Below the pieces are notes generated by a model, which was not told the origin of the DNA, searched no databases, and saw only the letters and a program-made list of their open reading frames with translations. The position numbers and the translations under genes were made by a program. A stretch of DNA of 43,690 bases, taken from the IMG/VR virus record IMGVR_UViG_3300044983_000185, positions 1 to 43,690 of that record, one strand, 5' to 3'. Position 1 is the first letter of the stretch, and each line of letters begins with the position of its first letter. This document shows, in pieces, positions 9,574 through 17,352 of the stretch. Origin of the DNA: a virus. Taxonomy: Duplodnaviria > Caudoviricetes.

Positions 9574-10016
9574 CGCACGTTGTTCGTGATGTTGTTGATG
9601 ATCGTCACCGAGCCGGTCCGGCCGGCGGCGAGAAGCGCAACCAGCGCGATGAACGCGAATCCGAGCAACGTCATCAGCGGCAGTGCGGCCAGGGTGGTCA
9701 ACACCCACCAACCGAGCGCGAAGAACGTGCCGATCCCCGCGCCGGCCGCGGCCGTGATGAGTGCCGGGCGGTGCCAGGCCGGCGGCGGTGGCTTGAGCTG
9801 GAGCACGCGCATCTCCCAGTAGCCGCGCTCGGGCGAGAACACCGGGTACGCGTGCAGCGGACGCACCTGGCCACGCTTGGCGAGTTTGCGGACCTGGGCG
9901 ATCAGCTCGTGCCGGTCGTGGTAGTTCGCGGTGAGCGTGAGGATCGGCCGGCGCGGCACGGTGAGGCGTGTGTCGACCACGAGGGCGGAGCGCTTCTTGC
10001 GGACGATCTCGTTCAT
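9570..10016 (-). CDS. Membrane protein, two C-terminal TM segments (Spd-like)
   Basis: Basic N-domain, two hydrophobic helices, VTIINNITNNVR tail. Confidence 0.7.
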   Translation of the reverse strand: MNEIVRKKRSALVVDTRLTVPRRPILTLTANYHDRHELIAQVRKLAKRGQVRPLHAYPVFSPERGYWEMRVLQLKPPPPAWHRPALITAAAGAGIGTFFALGWWVLTTLAALPLMTLLGFAFIALVALLAAGRTGSVTIINNITNNVR

Positions 10017-10223
10017 TTAAAGGTCACCCGTCTGCACGATGCTGACGATGATGTCGATGGCGACGCGATATGAAGCGCCTGCCAGGATGCCGAGGCCAAC
10101 AGTGGCCATGGTCGAAGATTCGCCGACCGCCGCGATCAGGATCATGGTCCCGAGCACGAGTGTGCAGGCGGCGAGCCCCTGGCGAGTGAAGCCGAACCAT
10201 CCGCGAAGCTTCTTGACCTCCAT
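10017..10223 (-). CDS. Small two-TM membrane protein
   Basis: SD AGGAG; two hydrophobic helices. Confidence 0.7.
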   Translation of the reverse strand: MEVKKLRGWFGFTRQGLAACTLVLGTMILIAAVGESSTMATVGLGILAGASYRVAIDIIVSIVQTGDL

Positions 10224-10232
10224 GCCGATCTC

Positions 10233-10712
10233 CTATCGGGTGAACAGCCAGCCGAACAGGCCGGCGAGCATGAGTGCGGTTGACGTGCCGATGACGAGCG
10301 CATCGACGAATCGGCCGCGCCGGGCGTCGGGCAGGCCGCGCATCCGGCGCACGTCGCGGATGGCGCGCTGCACCTTCTGTTCGCGCGGTCGTACCTTGCT
10401 GCGACGCGGGTTCTTCTGATCGTTGTAGCGCGGCCGGGCGATGAAGATGACAATCGTTTCCAGCGTGAGCAGGAACCATTTCCAGCCGAGCCACCACGGC
10501 AACCGCAGCTCGAAGTACGCCGTTTTCAGGTCGTACCAGGGCTTCTCAATGCAGCCCTGGTGATGGCATGTTCCGGCGTGGCAGCGGTACCGGTTCGGCA
10601 GGCTCGTGCTCATCCCGGCGTATCCCCATTCGGTGCCGCGTCGCAGGTGCTTGCGGGTGCGGTAGGCGTAGATGCCGGGCTTGCGCCGGCGCGCCTTACG
10701 AAAGATCACCAT
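10233..10712 (-). CDS. GIY-YIG nuclease-like protein with C-terminal TM anchor
   Basis: GIYAY...GYAG...R...H...E...PRYN pattern; hydrophobic C-terminal helix. Confidence 0.7.
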   Translation of the reverse strand: MVIFRKARRRKPGIYAYRTRKHLRRGTEWGYAGMSTSLPNRYRCHAGTCHHQGCIEKPWYDLKTAYFELRLPWWLGWKWFLLTLETIVIFIARPRYNDQKNPRRSKVRPREQKVQRAIRDVRRMRGLPDARRGRFVDALVIGTSTALMLAGLFGWLFTR

Positions 10713-11050
10713 CGGAATGTCAGCAATCCGGACGGCAACGTGATCGCGTGCTTGCGCTCGCCGGTGTGTCGCCAGTCGAGTTCGCACCGGCCACGCTCGC
10801 CGGGTGCGCCGCAGATGCTCAACGCGCCCGTGGGGGGCGTGGACGGAGCAGGCTCCGTCCACGCCGTCGACAAGCCCGGGTAGGGCGCGGCCGGGCCGCA
10901 GCAGACGGTAGCGAGCGCAGATGTGCCGGTCCGGTCGATGTAGCTGACTGTGGATTCGTACTCCCACGGCAGGGTGACCGGCAACGGTTCGGCGCCGTCT
11001 TCCAGAAGGACTGAGTGCTGATGTGCGTAGCTGTGCCAGTATCGATACAC
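10706..11050 (-). CDS. Hypothetical Cys/His-containing protein
   Basis: SD AGGGGG then GTG at 11050; overlaps the next gene. Confidence 0.55.
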   Translation of the reverse strand: MYRYWHSYAHQHSVLLEDGAEPLPVTLPWEYESTVSYIDRTGTSALATVCCGPAAPYPGLSTAWTEPAPSTPPTGALSICGAPGERGRCELDWRHTGERKHAITLPSGLLTFRW

Positions 11051-11129
11051 GTCAACCCCCTGAAGATCGAAGCCCGGTCGCAGTGCTCGTGCACCACGAC
11101 CGGGGATGGACCTAGTATTGCAGGTCCGG

Positions 11130-11291
11130 CTACGTAATGGCAATACGTAGATGGGGCGGAGTTTCGAAGCCTTCCGGCTCTCGCACCTCGAAACCGAGCC
11201 GGCGTAGTCCTTCTGCCTCCCGGCGCGCACGGCGCACGGTGCGCGCCCACGTGGGGATGCGCGCGTCCCCGAACTTCGTGGGTTTGTCCAT
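11130..11291 (-). CDS. Possible small protein (53 aa)
   Basis: GGAG SD five nt before ATG 11291; lies in a hairpin-rich region and may be spurious. Confidence 0.35.
   Translation of the reverse strand: MDKPTKFGDARIPTWARTVRRARREAEGLRRLGFEVREPEGFETPPHLRIAIT
11132..11148. promoter_or_regulatory. Palindromic operator ACGTA-N7-TACGT, copy 1
   Basis: 15/17 identical to 11346-11362; upstream of the leftward -10 AATACT (11114-11119). Confidence 0.6.
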
Positions 11292-11345
11292 CCGATCTCC
11301 AAACATGCAACTTGCACGGTTTCGTGCCATCGTACTTGACGTATG

Positions 11346-11362
11346 ACGTAATGGGCATACGT
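11346..11362. promoter_or_regulatory. Palindromic operator ACGTA-N7-TACGT, copy 2
   Basis: Just upstream of -10 TAGGGT (11367-11372) of the FtsK-like gene. Confidence 0.6.
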
Positions 11363-11379
11363 GGAGTAGGGTTGATCAG

Positions 11380-13212
11380 GTGCCCCAGAACACCGCACCC
11401 CTGATCAGCTGGCGCGGCGAGCGCGCCGCCGTGCCGCTACCGCTGCGCGTCCTCGGCCGCTACTTCATCACCGGCCAGGCGCTGCACGGCGCAGGCGACA
11501 ACGCGACCTTCCTGCATCGCGCGACGATCGACTACCGCGCGCGCCCATACCTGAAGCTGACCGGACCGAAGTGGCAACGCCTCGCGCGCCGACATGCCGC
11601 CTTCACCGGCCCGGCCACACTCCTGCTGGCCGCGCCGTGGCACGGCCTCCTGCCGCTCGCGATCTACATGGTGGCGCTGGCGGTGGCCGCGGTGGGAGCG
11701 CTCTCCCGCGTTCTGTGGCTGGCCGTGCGCGGCTTCCGGCGCAACCGGCAATGGATCGATCCTGCGGCAAAGGTGGCGTGCTCGATCCTCGGTATCCGGT
11801 ACACGCGCCGCGCCGGCCGCAGAATGATCGACCTCCCGCCCGGATGGGGTGAGGCGCGCGAGGACGGCGCGGCGGTGCGCGAGGTAGTCCGCGTGCACCT
11901 TCCGGCTGGCACGCCGTTGACCAAGTCGATCAAGGTCAACTTCGCTACGAACGTAGGGGGCCGGCTCGGCATCCCGAGCCCGGTCGGAGCGGAATGGTCG
12001 GAGTCCGGCGCTGCGCCGTTCGTCGACCTGGCCGCGGCGCCGGTACCGCCGCGCGTCGTCGACTGGCCGAGTATCGAGCGCGCCGTACGCCAGGCCGACG
12101 ACGAGATCATGATCGCGGGTCGCAACGCCTCCGGCCACCTCGTGGAGGTCAGCCTGGCTGAGGACGCCCCGCACTTCGGGCTGTCCGGTGCGTCCGGCAC
12201 CGGCAAGAGCGTGCTCGCTCGCGTCATGCTCGTACCCCGGGTGGCGTTCCGGGGCGACGGCCTGATCATCACCGACCCGAAGAAGTTCTCGCACTGGCGA
12301 TGGGCCGGCGGCGGCAAGGTGGACTCGCGTCGCATCCGCTATGCCTGGCGCACCGAGGAACTGCACGATGCCTGGCTGGAGATCGCGGCGGAGACGGCGC
12401 GCCGCATCGAGATGGACGAGGAGGATCTTGCGCAGCAGCGCCGGGTGTTCATCCTCGTGGAGGAGATCAACACGCAGACGAAGCGGTTGCAGCGGCACTG
12501 GCGCGCCGAGCGCAAGCGGATCATCGTGGCCGCGAAGCTCAAGCTTGCCGATGACCCGTACGCGGACATCGACCTGGGGGACCTGGATCCGCCCGTCCAG
12601 TCCCCCGCCATCGTGGCCATGCAAGAGGCGGTGGCCATGGGCCGTGAGCTCAAGATGCACGTCTTCGTGTGCGCACAGCGAATGTCCGCGAGCGTGTTCG
12701 GAGGCAACGGCGGTGACATCCGCGAGAGCTTCCAGGGTGGCCGCTTCATCGCGAAGTGGGACAGGAAGCTCTGGAAGATGCTCGTGGACACGCTCGACTA
12801 CGTGGCCTGTCCGTCCGGGCCGCGTGGCATCTGGGGCGTGGCCAGAGGTGACAGCTTTGACATCCTGCGTGTCCCGTTCCTGTCCGAGCCGGCCGCGCTG
12901 AAGCTGGTCACGGACATGGCTGTCCCTGTCCACGGTCCGGTGCTCGGCCAGCAGGCGGACGGCTGGCAGCTGGACATGTCCGTGTCCGGGCCGGCGCTGA
13001 CGTCCGCGGTCACCCTGGCCGCTGCGCTGGACATGTTGCCCGGACAGGACGGTCCGCGCGCGCTCACGCTGGAAGGCCTGCGGACGGCGGCGAAGCGGCC
13101 GGGCTTCCCGGAGCCGCTACCGAAACCGGACGGCGCTGAGTATGGGCGCTCCGAAGCCAGGCTGTACGACCTCGGAGCGCTGCTGGACTGGCGTGAGTCG
13201 GGACTGGCCTAG
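11380..13212 (+). CDS. FtsK/SpoIIIE-family DNA translocase, TraB-like (610 aa)
   Basis: N-terminal TM helices; Walker A GASGTGKS; Walker B ILVEE; GRELKMHVFVCAQR; C-terminal HTH-like segment. Confidence 0.85.
   Translation: MPQNTAPLISWRGERAAVPLPLRVLGRYFITGQALHGAGDNATFLHRATIDYRARPYLKLTGPKWQRLARRHAAFTGPATLLLAAPWHGLLPLAIYMVALAVAAVGALSRVLWLAVRGFRRNRQWIDPAAKVACSILGIRYTRRAGRRMIDLPPGWGEAREDGAAVREVVRVHLPAGTPLTKSIKVNFATNVGGRLGIPSPVGAEWSESGAAPFVDLAAAPVPPRVVDWPSIERAVRQADDEIMIAGRNASGHLVEVSLAEDAPHFGLSGASGTGKSVLARVMLVPRVAFRGDGLIITDPKKFSHWRWAGGGKVDSRRIRYAWRTEELHDAWLEIAAETARRIEMDEEDLAQQRRVFILVEEINTQTKRLQRHWRAERKRIIVAAKLKLADDPYADIDLGDLDPPVQSPAIVAMQEAVAMGRELKMHVFVCAQRMSASVFGGNGGDIRESFQGGRFIAKWDRKLWKMLVDTLDYVACPSGPRGIWGVARGDSFDILRVPFLSEPAALKLVTDMAVPVHGPVLGQQADGWQLDMSVSGPALTSAVTLAAALDMLPGQDGPRALTLEGLRTAAKRPGFPEPLPKPDGAEYGRSEARLYDLGALLDWRESGLA
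12759..13046. repeat. Cluster of 13 GGACA/TGTCC motifs in the 3' part of the FtsK-like gene
   Basis: Hand count. Confidence 0.75.
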
Positions 13213-13469
13213 ATGACTTCGGTGACGCTGCGGGGGAAGTAGGCGCGACCGGACGGAACGGGGCGGAAGCGCTCGGTCTCGCGGATCTCGCGCCAGAGCT
13301 CGCCACGGGTGATGACCGTTCCCGACGGCATCACCGTGTAGATCTCGGCGTCGCGCTCGGCGTCCATCTCCAGAGCCACACCGTGGAGGATGTCCATGAT
13401 CGTTGTCTGGCCGGTGGCAACGGCGATGTGCTCGGCGGTGGTGAGTTCGCGTCCCAGTTCGTTCGTCAT
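13209..13469 (-). CDS. Hypothetical protein, leaderless
   Basis: TTGACG-N17-TATACT-N6-ATG. Confidence 0.75.
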   Translation of the reverse strand: MTNELGRELTTAEHIAVATGQTTIMDILHGVALEMDAERDAEIYTVMPSGTVITRGELWREIRETERFRPVPSGRAYFPRSVTEVI

Positions 13470-13475
13470 GAACCC

Positions 13476-13504
13476 AGTATAGCAAGCCCACTTCGAGCCG
13501 TCAA
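13476..13504 (-). promoter_or_regulatory. Sigma70/HrdB-type promoter
   Basis: TTGACG-N17-TATACT. Confidence 0.8.
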
Positions 13505-13628
13505 CCTGGCACTGACCTAGGCCACCGGAGGGGTGTATGCGCTGGTGAAGCGCTGTCCGGCCGGTCGCCTAGGTCAGGGTCGGATAGGCTGGGCGAGCTT
13601 GAGGAAAGTCCGCGCGTGGGGCGCAAAG

Positions 13629-13661
13629 CAAAAGCCCGGACCATCATGGTCCGGGCTTTTG
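13629..13661. terminator. Bidirectional terminator-like hairpin
   Basis: CAAAAGCCCGGACCAT-C-ATGGTCCGGGCTTTTG perfect inverted repeat. Confidence 0.75.
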
Positions 13662-13713
13662 TGACCTTTAGCAAGGCCGTGGCCCGGGGCACAAGGCCAC
13701 GGGCCAAGATTTT

Positions 13714-13965
13714 TTAGACCGCGGTATAGAACGCCTGGTTACGCAGGGTCTGGCCTGCGTAGGGAGTGCCGATGGGGGCGATGAAGTCGCCGTAGCGGAC
13801 TGCGAGGATGTCGGCCCGAACCAGCGCCCGCAGGCTGTTGAGGTTGGCGCCCGCGGTGCGAGCGGTGTACTCGCTGATCTCGTTGTTCTCCGCGGTCAGC
13901 ATGAGCGGGAGGACCTTGAACAGGGTGGCCGTCTGGGTGCTGGTCAGGTTCTCCGTCTTCATCAT
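13714..13965 (-). CDS. Hypothetical protein, leaderless
   Basis: ggccttgcTATACT-N6-ATG. Confidence 0.75.
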   Translation of the reverse strand: MMKTENLTSTQTATLFKVLPLMLTAENNEISEYTARTAGANLNSLRALVRADILAVRYGDFIAPIGTPYAGQTLRNQAFYTAV

Positions 13966-13999
13966 GGATCAAGTATAGCAAGGCCGTGGAGACAGGCGC

Positions 14000-14030
14000 A
14001 AGGCCCCGGATCAAAATCTTCCGGGGCCTT
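14000..14030. terminator. Hairpin downstream of the DUF2637-like gene
   Basis: AAGGCCCCGGA/TCCGGGGCCTT. Confidence 0.6.
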
Positions 14031-14062
14031 AGCATGCACTTGCTAAGGCAAGTAAAGAAAGT

Positions 14063-14911
14063 TCACTCTCGCCCGGCGCCGGACACTGGCGTGTCCGTGA
14101 CCGTGGCCAGCCAGCGGCGCGCCGTCCGCGTGGACACGCCGAAGTGCGCGGCGGACAGCTGCACCATGTCCGCGCGGGACAGGGCGGACGGGTCCCACGC
14201 CGCTGCCATGTCCGCGAACTCCTGAGGGACGGACGTCCCAGGCGCTGTCCGTGTCCGCCTCGGCAACGGCGCGGACAGCGTGGACAGGTGCGCCTGCGCC
14301 TCGTCCGCGAGTTGCTTGCCGACCGTGGACAGCGCGTCCTCGTAGCCCTGTGTCCACGCGTCCAGATCGCTGGCCGGCCGCGTGACAGTGATGTCCGTGT
14401 CTGCACCGGCGGACAGGTCGAGTCGGACAGGATCCGTGTCCGGCGCCGTGAGGCTGTTGAGGCGCATCTGCGCTTCGTCTGGCGTCATGGCCGGACGCGT
14501 GACATGTCCGCGGACACGCGTGGACAGAATCAGGCCGGTGGCCATGATGGCCATACCGTCGATGGCCAGAGGGCCGAGGAAGCTGACCGCGGTCAGTTGT
14601 CCACGGCTGTGCATGAGGTCGTGCAGGTGTGTCCAGCTGACCACCATGGCCATGCCTCCGACGGCCAGGCAGCCGAGCCAGCGCCAGGCCTGGAACATCC
14701 GCGCGGACGACCACCGCGGACTGACGAACATCTCGATCGCCAGCAGCACGAGGATCGGCCAGCCTGCGGCCATCACCTTGTCGAGCGTGTCCACGGCCGC
14801 GCCGCGGGTGCGGTAGGTGTCCGCGAGGTTGCCGGCCACGCTCAAGCCGGCGCCCACGAGCAGGGACACGTACGCGACCGCGCCTGTCCAGAGCTTTCCG
14901 ATCTTGGTCAT
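14063..14911 (-). CDS. DUF2637/SpdA-like membrane protein with C-terminal HTH
   Basis: Four TM helices with SVAGN, AGWP, VSWTHL and GPLAIDG motifs; C-terminal AHFGVSTRTARRWL. Confidence 0.8.
   Translation of the reverse strand: MTKIGKLWTGAVAYVSLLVGAGLSVAGNLADTYRTRGAAVDTLDKVMAAGWPILVLLAIEMFVSPRWSSARMFQAWRWLGCLAVGGMAMVVSWTHLHDLMHSRGQLTAVSFLGPLAIDGMAIMATGLILSTRVRGHVTRPAMTPDEAQMRLNSLTAPDTDPVRLDLSAGADTDITVTRPASDLDAWTQGYEDALSTVGKQLADEAQAHLSTLSAPLPRRTRTAPGTSVPQEFADMAAAWDPSALSRADMVQLSAAHFGVSTRTARRWLATVTDTPVSGAGRE
14081..14889. repeat. Cluster of 26 GGACA/TGTCC motifs inside the DUF2637-like gene
   Basis: Hand count; 20 of them within 14081-14526. Confidence 0.85.
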
Positions 14912-14913
14912 CG

Positions 14914-15090
14914 TCAGATCTCCTCTCCCTGCGCCTCGTCTGCCTCGCGGTACTCGGCCAGCACGCCGAGCGCGTCATACAGGGCGCGGGCGCCCTCGAA
15001 CTCGTGGATCTCGCCGGTCGCCTCGTCCTTGAGCGTGACGGTCCGGTGGTCCTCGCTGATCGTGATCACGTACCGCTCGTCGCTACCCAT
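14914..15090 (-). CDS. Small acidic hypothetical protein
   Basis: Coupled to the upstream stop; high-GC3 codons. Confidence 0.65.
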   Translation of the reverse strand: MGSDERYVITISEDHRTVTLKDEATGEIHEFEGARALYDALGVLAEYREADEAQGEEI

Positions 15091-15440
15091 CACGCACGCT
15101 CCCAGGAGTCCGAGAACTCGTTGATCGTGCAGCGGAAAGTCTGGTCGCCGGTCATGACGCCCTCGACCCACACCCCGTTGATCGAGGTGACCTTGCCCAT
15201 GCACCAGTCGGGTTGGATCGTGCTGCGGTACCAGGCGCCGATCTCGGCGCTGGCCTGCGCAGGGACGTGGTAGTCGAGTTCGGCGGGAATGTCGTAGCGG
15301 AACTCCGCCTCGGCCTCGGCCGCGAGCAGCTTGCCCCACTCGATCGGCGCGGCGGTGACGTCGCGCCACATGCCGACGCTGGCGCCGGTCTTCTCGTCGA
15401 TGCGGTCGATCAGGTTGAGGTGCGTCGCGTTCGCCATCAT
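15090..15440 (-). CDS. Hypothetical protein, leaderless
   Basis: TTGCGT-N16-TATAGT-N6-ATG. Confidence 0.75.
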   Translation of the reverse strand: MMANATHLNLIDRIDEKTGASVGMWRDVTAAPIEWGKLLAAEAEAEFRYDIPAELDYHVPAQASAEIGAWYRSTIQPDWCMGKVTSINGVWVEGVMTGDQTFRCTINEFSDSWERA

Positions 15441-15475
15441 GAGTCCACTATAGCAGGTCCATGCGGAGACGCAAG

Positions 15476-15506
15476 AGGCGCGGCCCCGGAGAAGTGGGCC
15501 GCGCCT
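15476..15506. terminator. Hairpin ending the SSB operon
   Basis: AGGCGCGGCCC/GGGCCGCGCCT. Confidence 0.6.
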
Positions 15507-15517
15507 TGATCTTGAAA

Positions 15518-15718
15518 TCAGCGATGCCGGAACGCGCGTTGCAGCGTCGGGGGGTTGAAGCTGCGCGTGACCTTCTCCGGCCCCGGCGGCTTCCACTCGT
15601 GCCGCCCGGGGCCGGTCTCATGCCTGCCGGGCACGCGCTCGGGCGGCAGCGCGAACGCGAGACAGGCGAACGCCGTGAACGCCATAAGCGCGAGCAGCAG
15701 CCAGGTCGTCGCGGTCAT
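15518..15718 (-). CDS. Small protein with N-terminal TM
   Basis: MTATTWLLLALMAF...; coupled to the upstream gene. Confidence 0.6.
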   Translation of the reverse strand: MTATTWLLLALMAFTAFACLAFALPPERVPGRHETGPGRHEWKPPGPEKVTRSFNPPTLQRAFRHR

Positions 15719-15933
15719 AGCTGCGCGACCCCCGCATTCAGTTGCCGACGGCGCCGCGGAGTGATGCCGGCGGCGGCATCCTCGACCGTGCCGCCCGCGT
15801 ACGGGCACGGCTCCCTGCGATTCGAGAAGGGATACCGCACGGTCGTCCGGTGCTTGCCCATGATCCGCGACTCTTGCGCGCCCTTGCCCTTGTAAGGCTC
15901 CTTACAGTAAGGGCAGATGCCGCCCCAGCTCAT
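15715..15933 (-). CDS. Small putative Zn-binding protein
   Basis: CPYC...H...C. Confidence 0.6.
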   Translation of the reverse strand: MSWGGICPYCKEPYKGKGAQESRIMGKHRTTVRYPFSNRREPCPYAGGTVEDAAAGITPRRRRQLNAGVAQL

Positions 15934-16094
15934 CGCGAGGCCCTGCTCAGAACCCAGAGTCCGACGATCGCCCAACCCGCGGCCACGCCGAACAGGAACA
16001 TCGAGGGCCCGCGGTTGTGCCAGAAAATCAGGCCGGCGCCGAACAGGACGAACGTCGGAAGCACGTGCGCGAGGAACATCCTGCGATTACTCAT
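15930..16094 (-). CDS. Small two-TM protein (54 aa)
   Basis: MSNRRMFLAHVLPTFVLFGAG...; overlaps both neighbours. Confidence 0.6.
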   Translation of the reverse strand: MSNRRMFLAHVLPTFVLFGAGLIFWHNRGPSMFLFGVAAGWAIVGLWVLSRASR

Positions 16095-16284
16095 GATCGT
16101 CATCGATCAGGTCGGACCAGCGTGGCGCGATCACCGGCAGCGTTCCGCGCGTGGACACGCCGATATTCCGGTCGTAGTTCGCCACGATCATCTCCTCGAA
16201 CGCCACACGAACCGCGCGCGGGCCCGACTCCTTGTTGATGTTGAACGGCCTGACCTTGTGCCAGAGCCGCATGATCAGCTTCAT
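16087..16284 (-). CDS. Hypothetical protein
   Basis: SD GGGAG; coupled start. Confidence 0.55.
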   Translation of the reverse strand: MKLIMRLWHKVRPFNINKESGPRAVRVAFEEMIVANYDRNIGVSTRGTLPVIAPRWSDLIDDDHE

Positions 16285-16526
16285 GTCCGTACTCCCATCT
16301 GCTGCTGGAGCTTCGCGACCTTCGCTCTGTCCCGATCCGCCTGCCGGCGCAAGCGGTCGCGCCCTGCCTTGCGCGCAAGATACTCGGGCGTCTTGCGCGC
16401 TACGCCCCGCGGCGGCTGGCCCGGCTTCCAGTGCTTGCAGCCTCGCGCATCCACGAGCGCGCCACACGCACCGCACGGCCTGAACTCGATCATCGCCACT
16501 CCCGGATACGGCCGCGGCCCGGACAC
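16281..16526 (-). CDS. Small basic protein with CxxC...CxH
   Basis: PCGACG...CKHW. Confidence 0.55.
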   Translation of the reverse strand: MSGPRPYPGVAMIEFRPCGACGALVDARGCKHWKPGQPPRGVARKTPEYLARKAGRDRLRRQADRDRAKVAKLQQQMGVRT

Positions 16527-16573
16527 GAGATCTGGGGGCAGATCCGCATCCGGGCCGCGGGGTCATGGATGAA

Positions 16574-17161
16574 CTACTCGTCGAAGCCGTCGTTCTCGGC
16601 CTTCTCCTGGCCGGCCGTCTCCATCTCCTTGGAGATCTGCGCGATCAGCGCGTTGTGCTTGCGGGCGACGACCTTGTCCTCAATGGTCGGCTCCGCGATC
16701 GACCAGGATGCCGAACGTCCCTTGACCTTGTTCGGGCGCGAGTTGATCCGCCCGATCATCGGCCGATAGGTCTTCGACTTGTCCTGCACGGCCGGGCCGT
16801 TAATCGTCGGCGAGCCGGGCGAGAGCGCGACGCGGCCGGCGAGGCGGGTAGTGAGGCCGGACTGCGTGAACTGGAAGTTGTCGAGACGCTGCGGGCCTTC
16901 ATCCTTGACGGACGCCACGAGCATCGGCTTGCGCTCGCCGTCGACGACCTTGAAGCCGTCCCAGTTCGGACCGTCGTCGAGAACAACGGTGACCGTCTCG
17001 TACCAGTCGTACGGGCGGGAGCCGGCGTCGGCGGACTTGCGGACACCGTGCCGTCCGGTAACCCAGATGAGCACGAGGCGGTCCTTGAGGTCCTCCTTGC
17101 CGGGGAACTCCTCCTGTGCGTCGTCGAATAGATCCTGCTCGACTTCGTTGACGTCGGTCAT
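16574..17161 (-). CDS. Probable single-stranded DNA-binding protein
   Basis: Near the exonuclease; beta-rich body; acidic/aromatic tail ENDGFDE. Confidence 0.55.
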   Translation of the reverse strand: MTDVNEVEQDLFDDAQEEFPGKEDLKDRLVLIWVTGRHGVRKSADAGSRPYDWYETVTVVLDDGPNWDGFKVVDGERKPMLVASVKDEGPQRLDNFQFTQSGLTTRLAGRVALSPGSPTINGPAVQDKSKTYRPMIGRINSRPNKVKGRSASWSIAEPTIEDKVVARKHNALIAQISKEMETAGQEKAENDGFDE

Positions 17162-17352
17162 GCGCTTCCGTTTCTGCTTGATGTTGATGTTGAGACGAGG
17201 GGCGGGTATCCCCGCCCCTCGTTCATGCGCCAGTCATCCCGCCGAGTCACCGCATGAACTCCTCGGAGCCGGGCGAGCACGGCCCTAGGAACCGCGCCCT
17301 AACCTCTAGCACTTCATCGGGGTGTCCAGCGCGAGGCTGACGCTGGTCTTCC

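Noticed and set aside
13601-13611. GAGGAAAGTCC, matching the RNase P RNA conserved motif
   Set aside because: Region is too short and I find no convincing P4 partner or other RNase P helices
14081-14889. CRISPR array or tandem repeat
   Set aside because: Motifs are 5 bp, irregularly spaced and in both orientations
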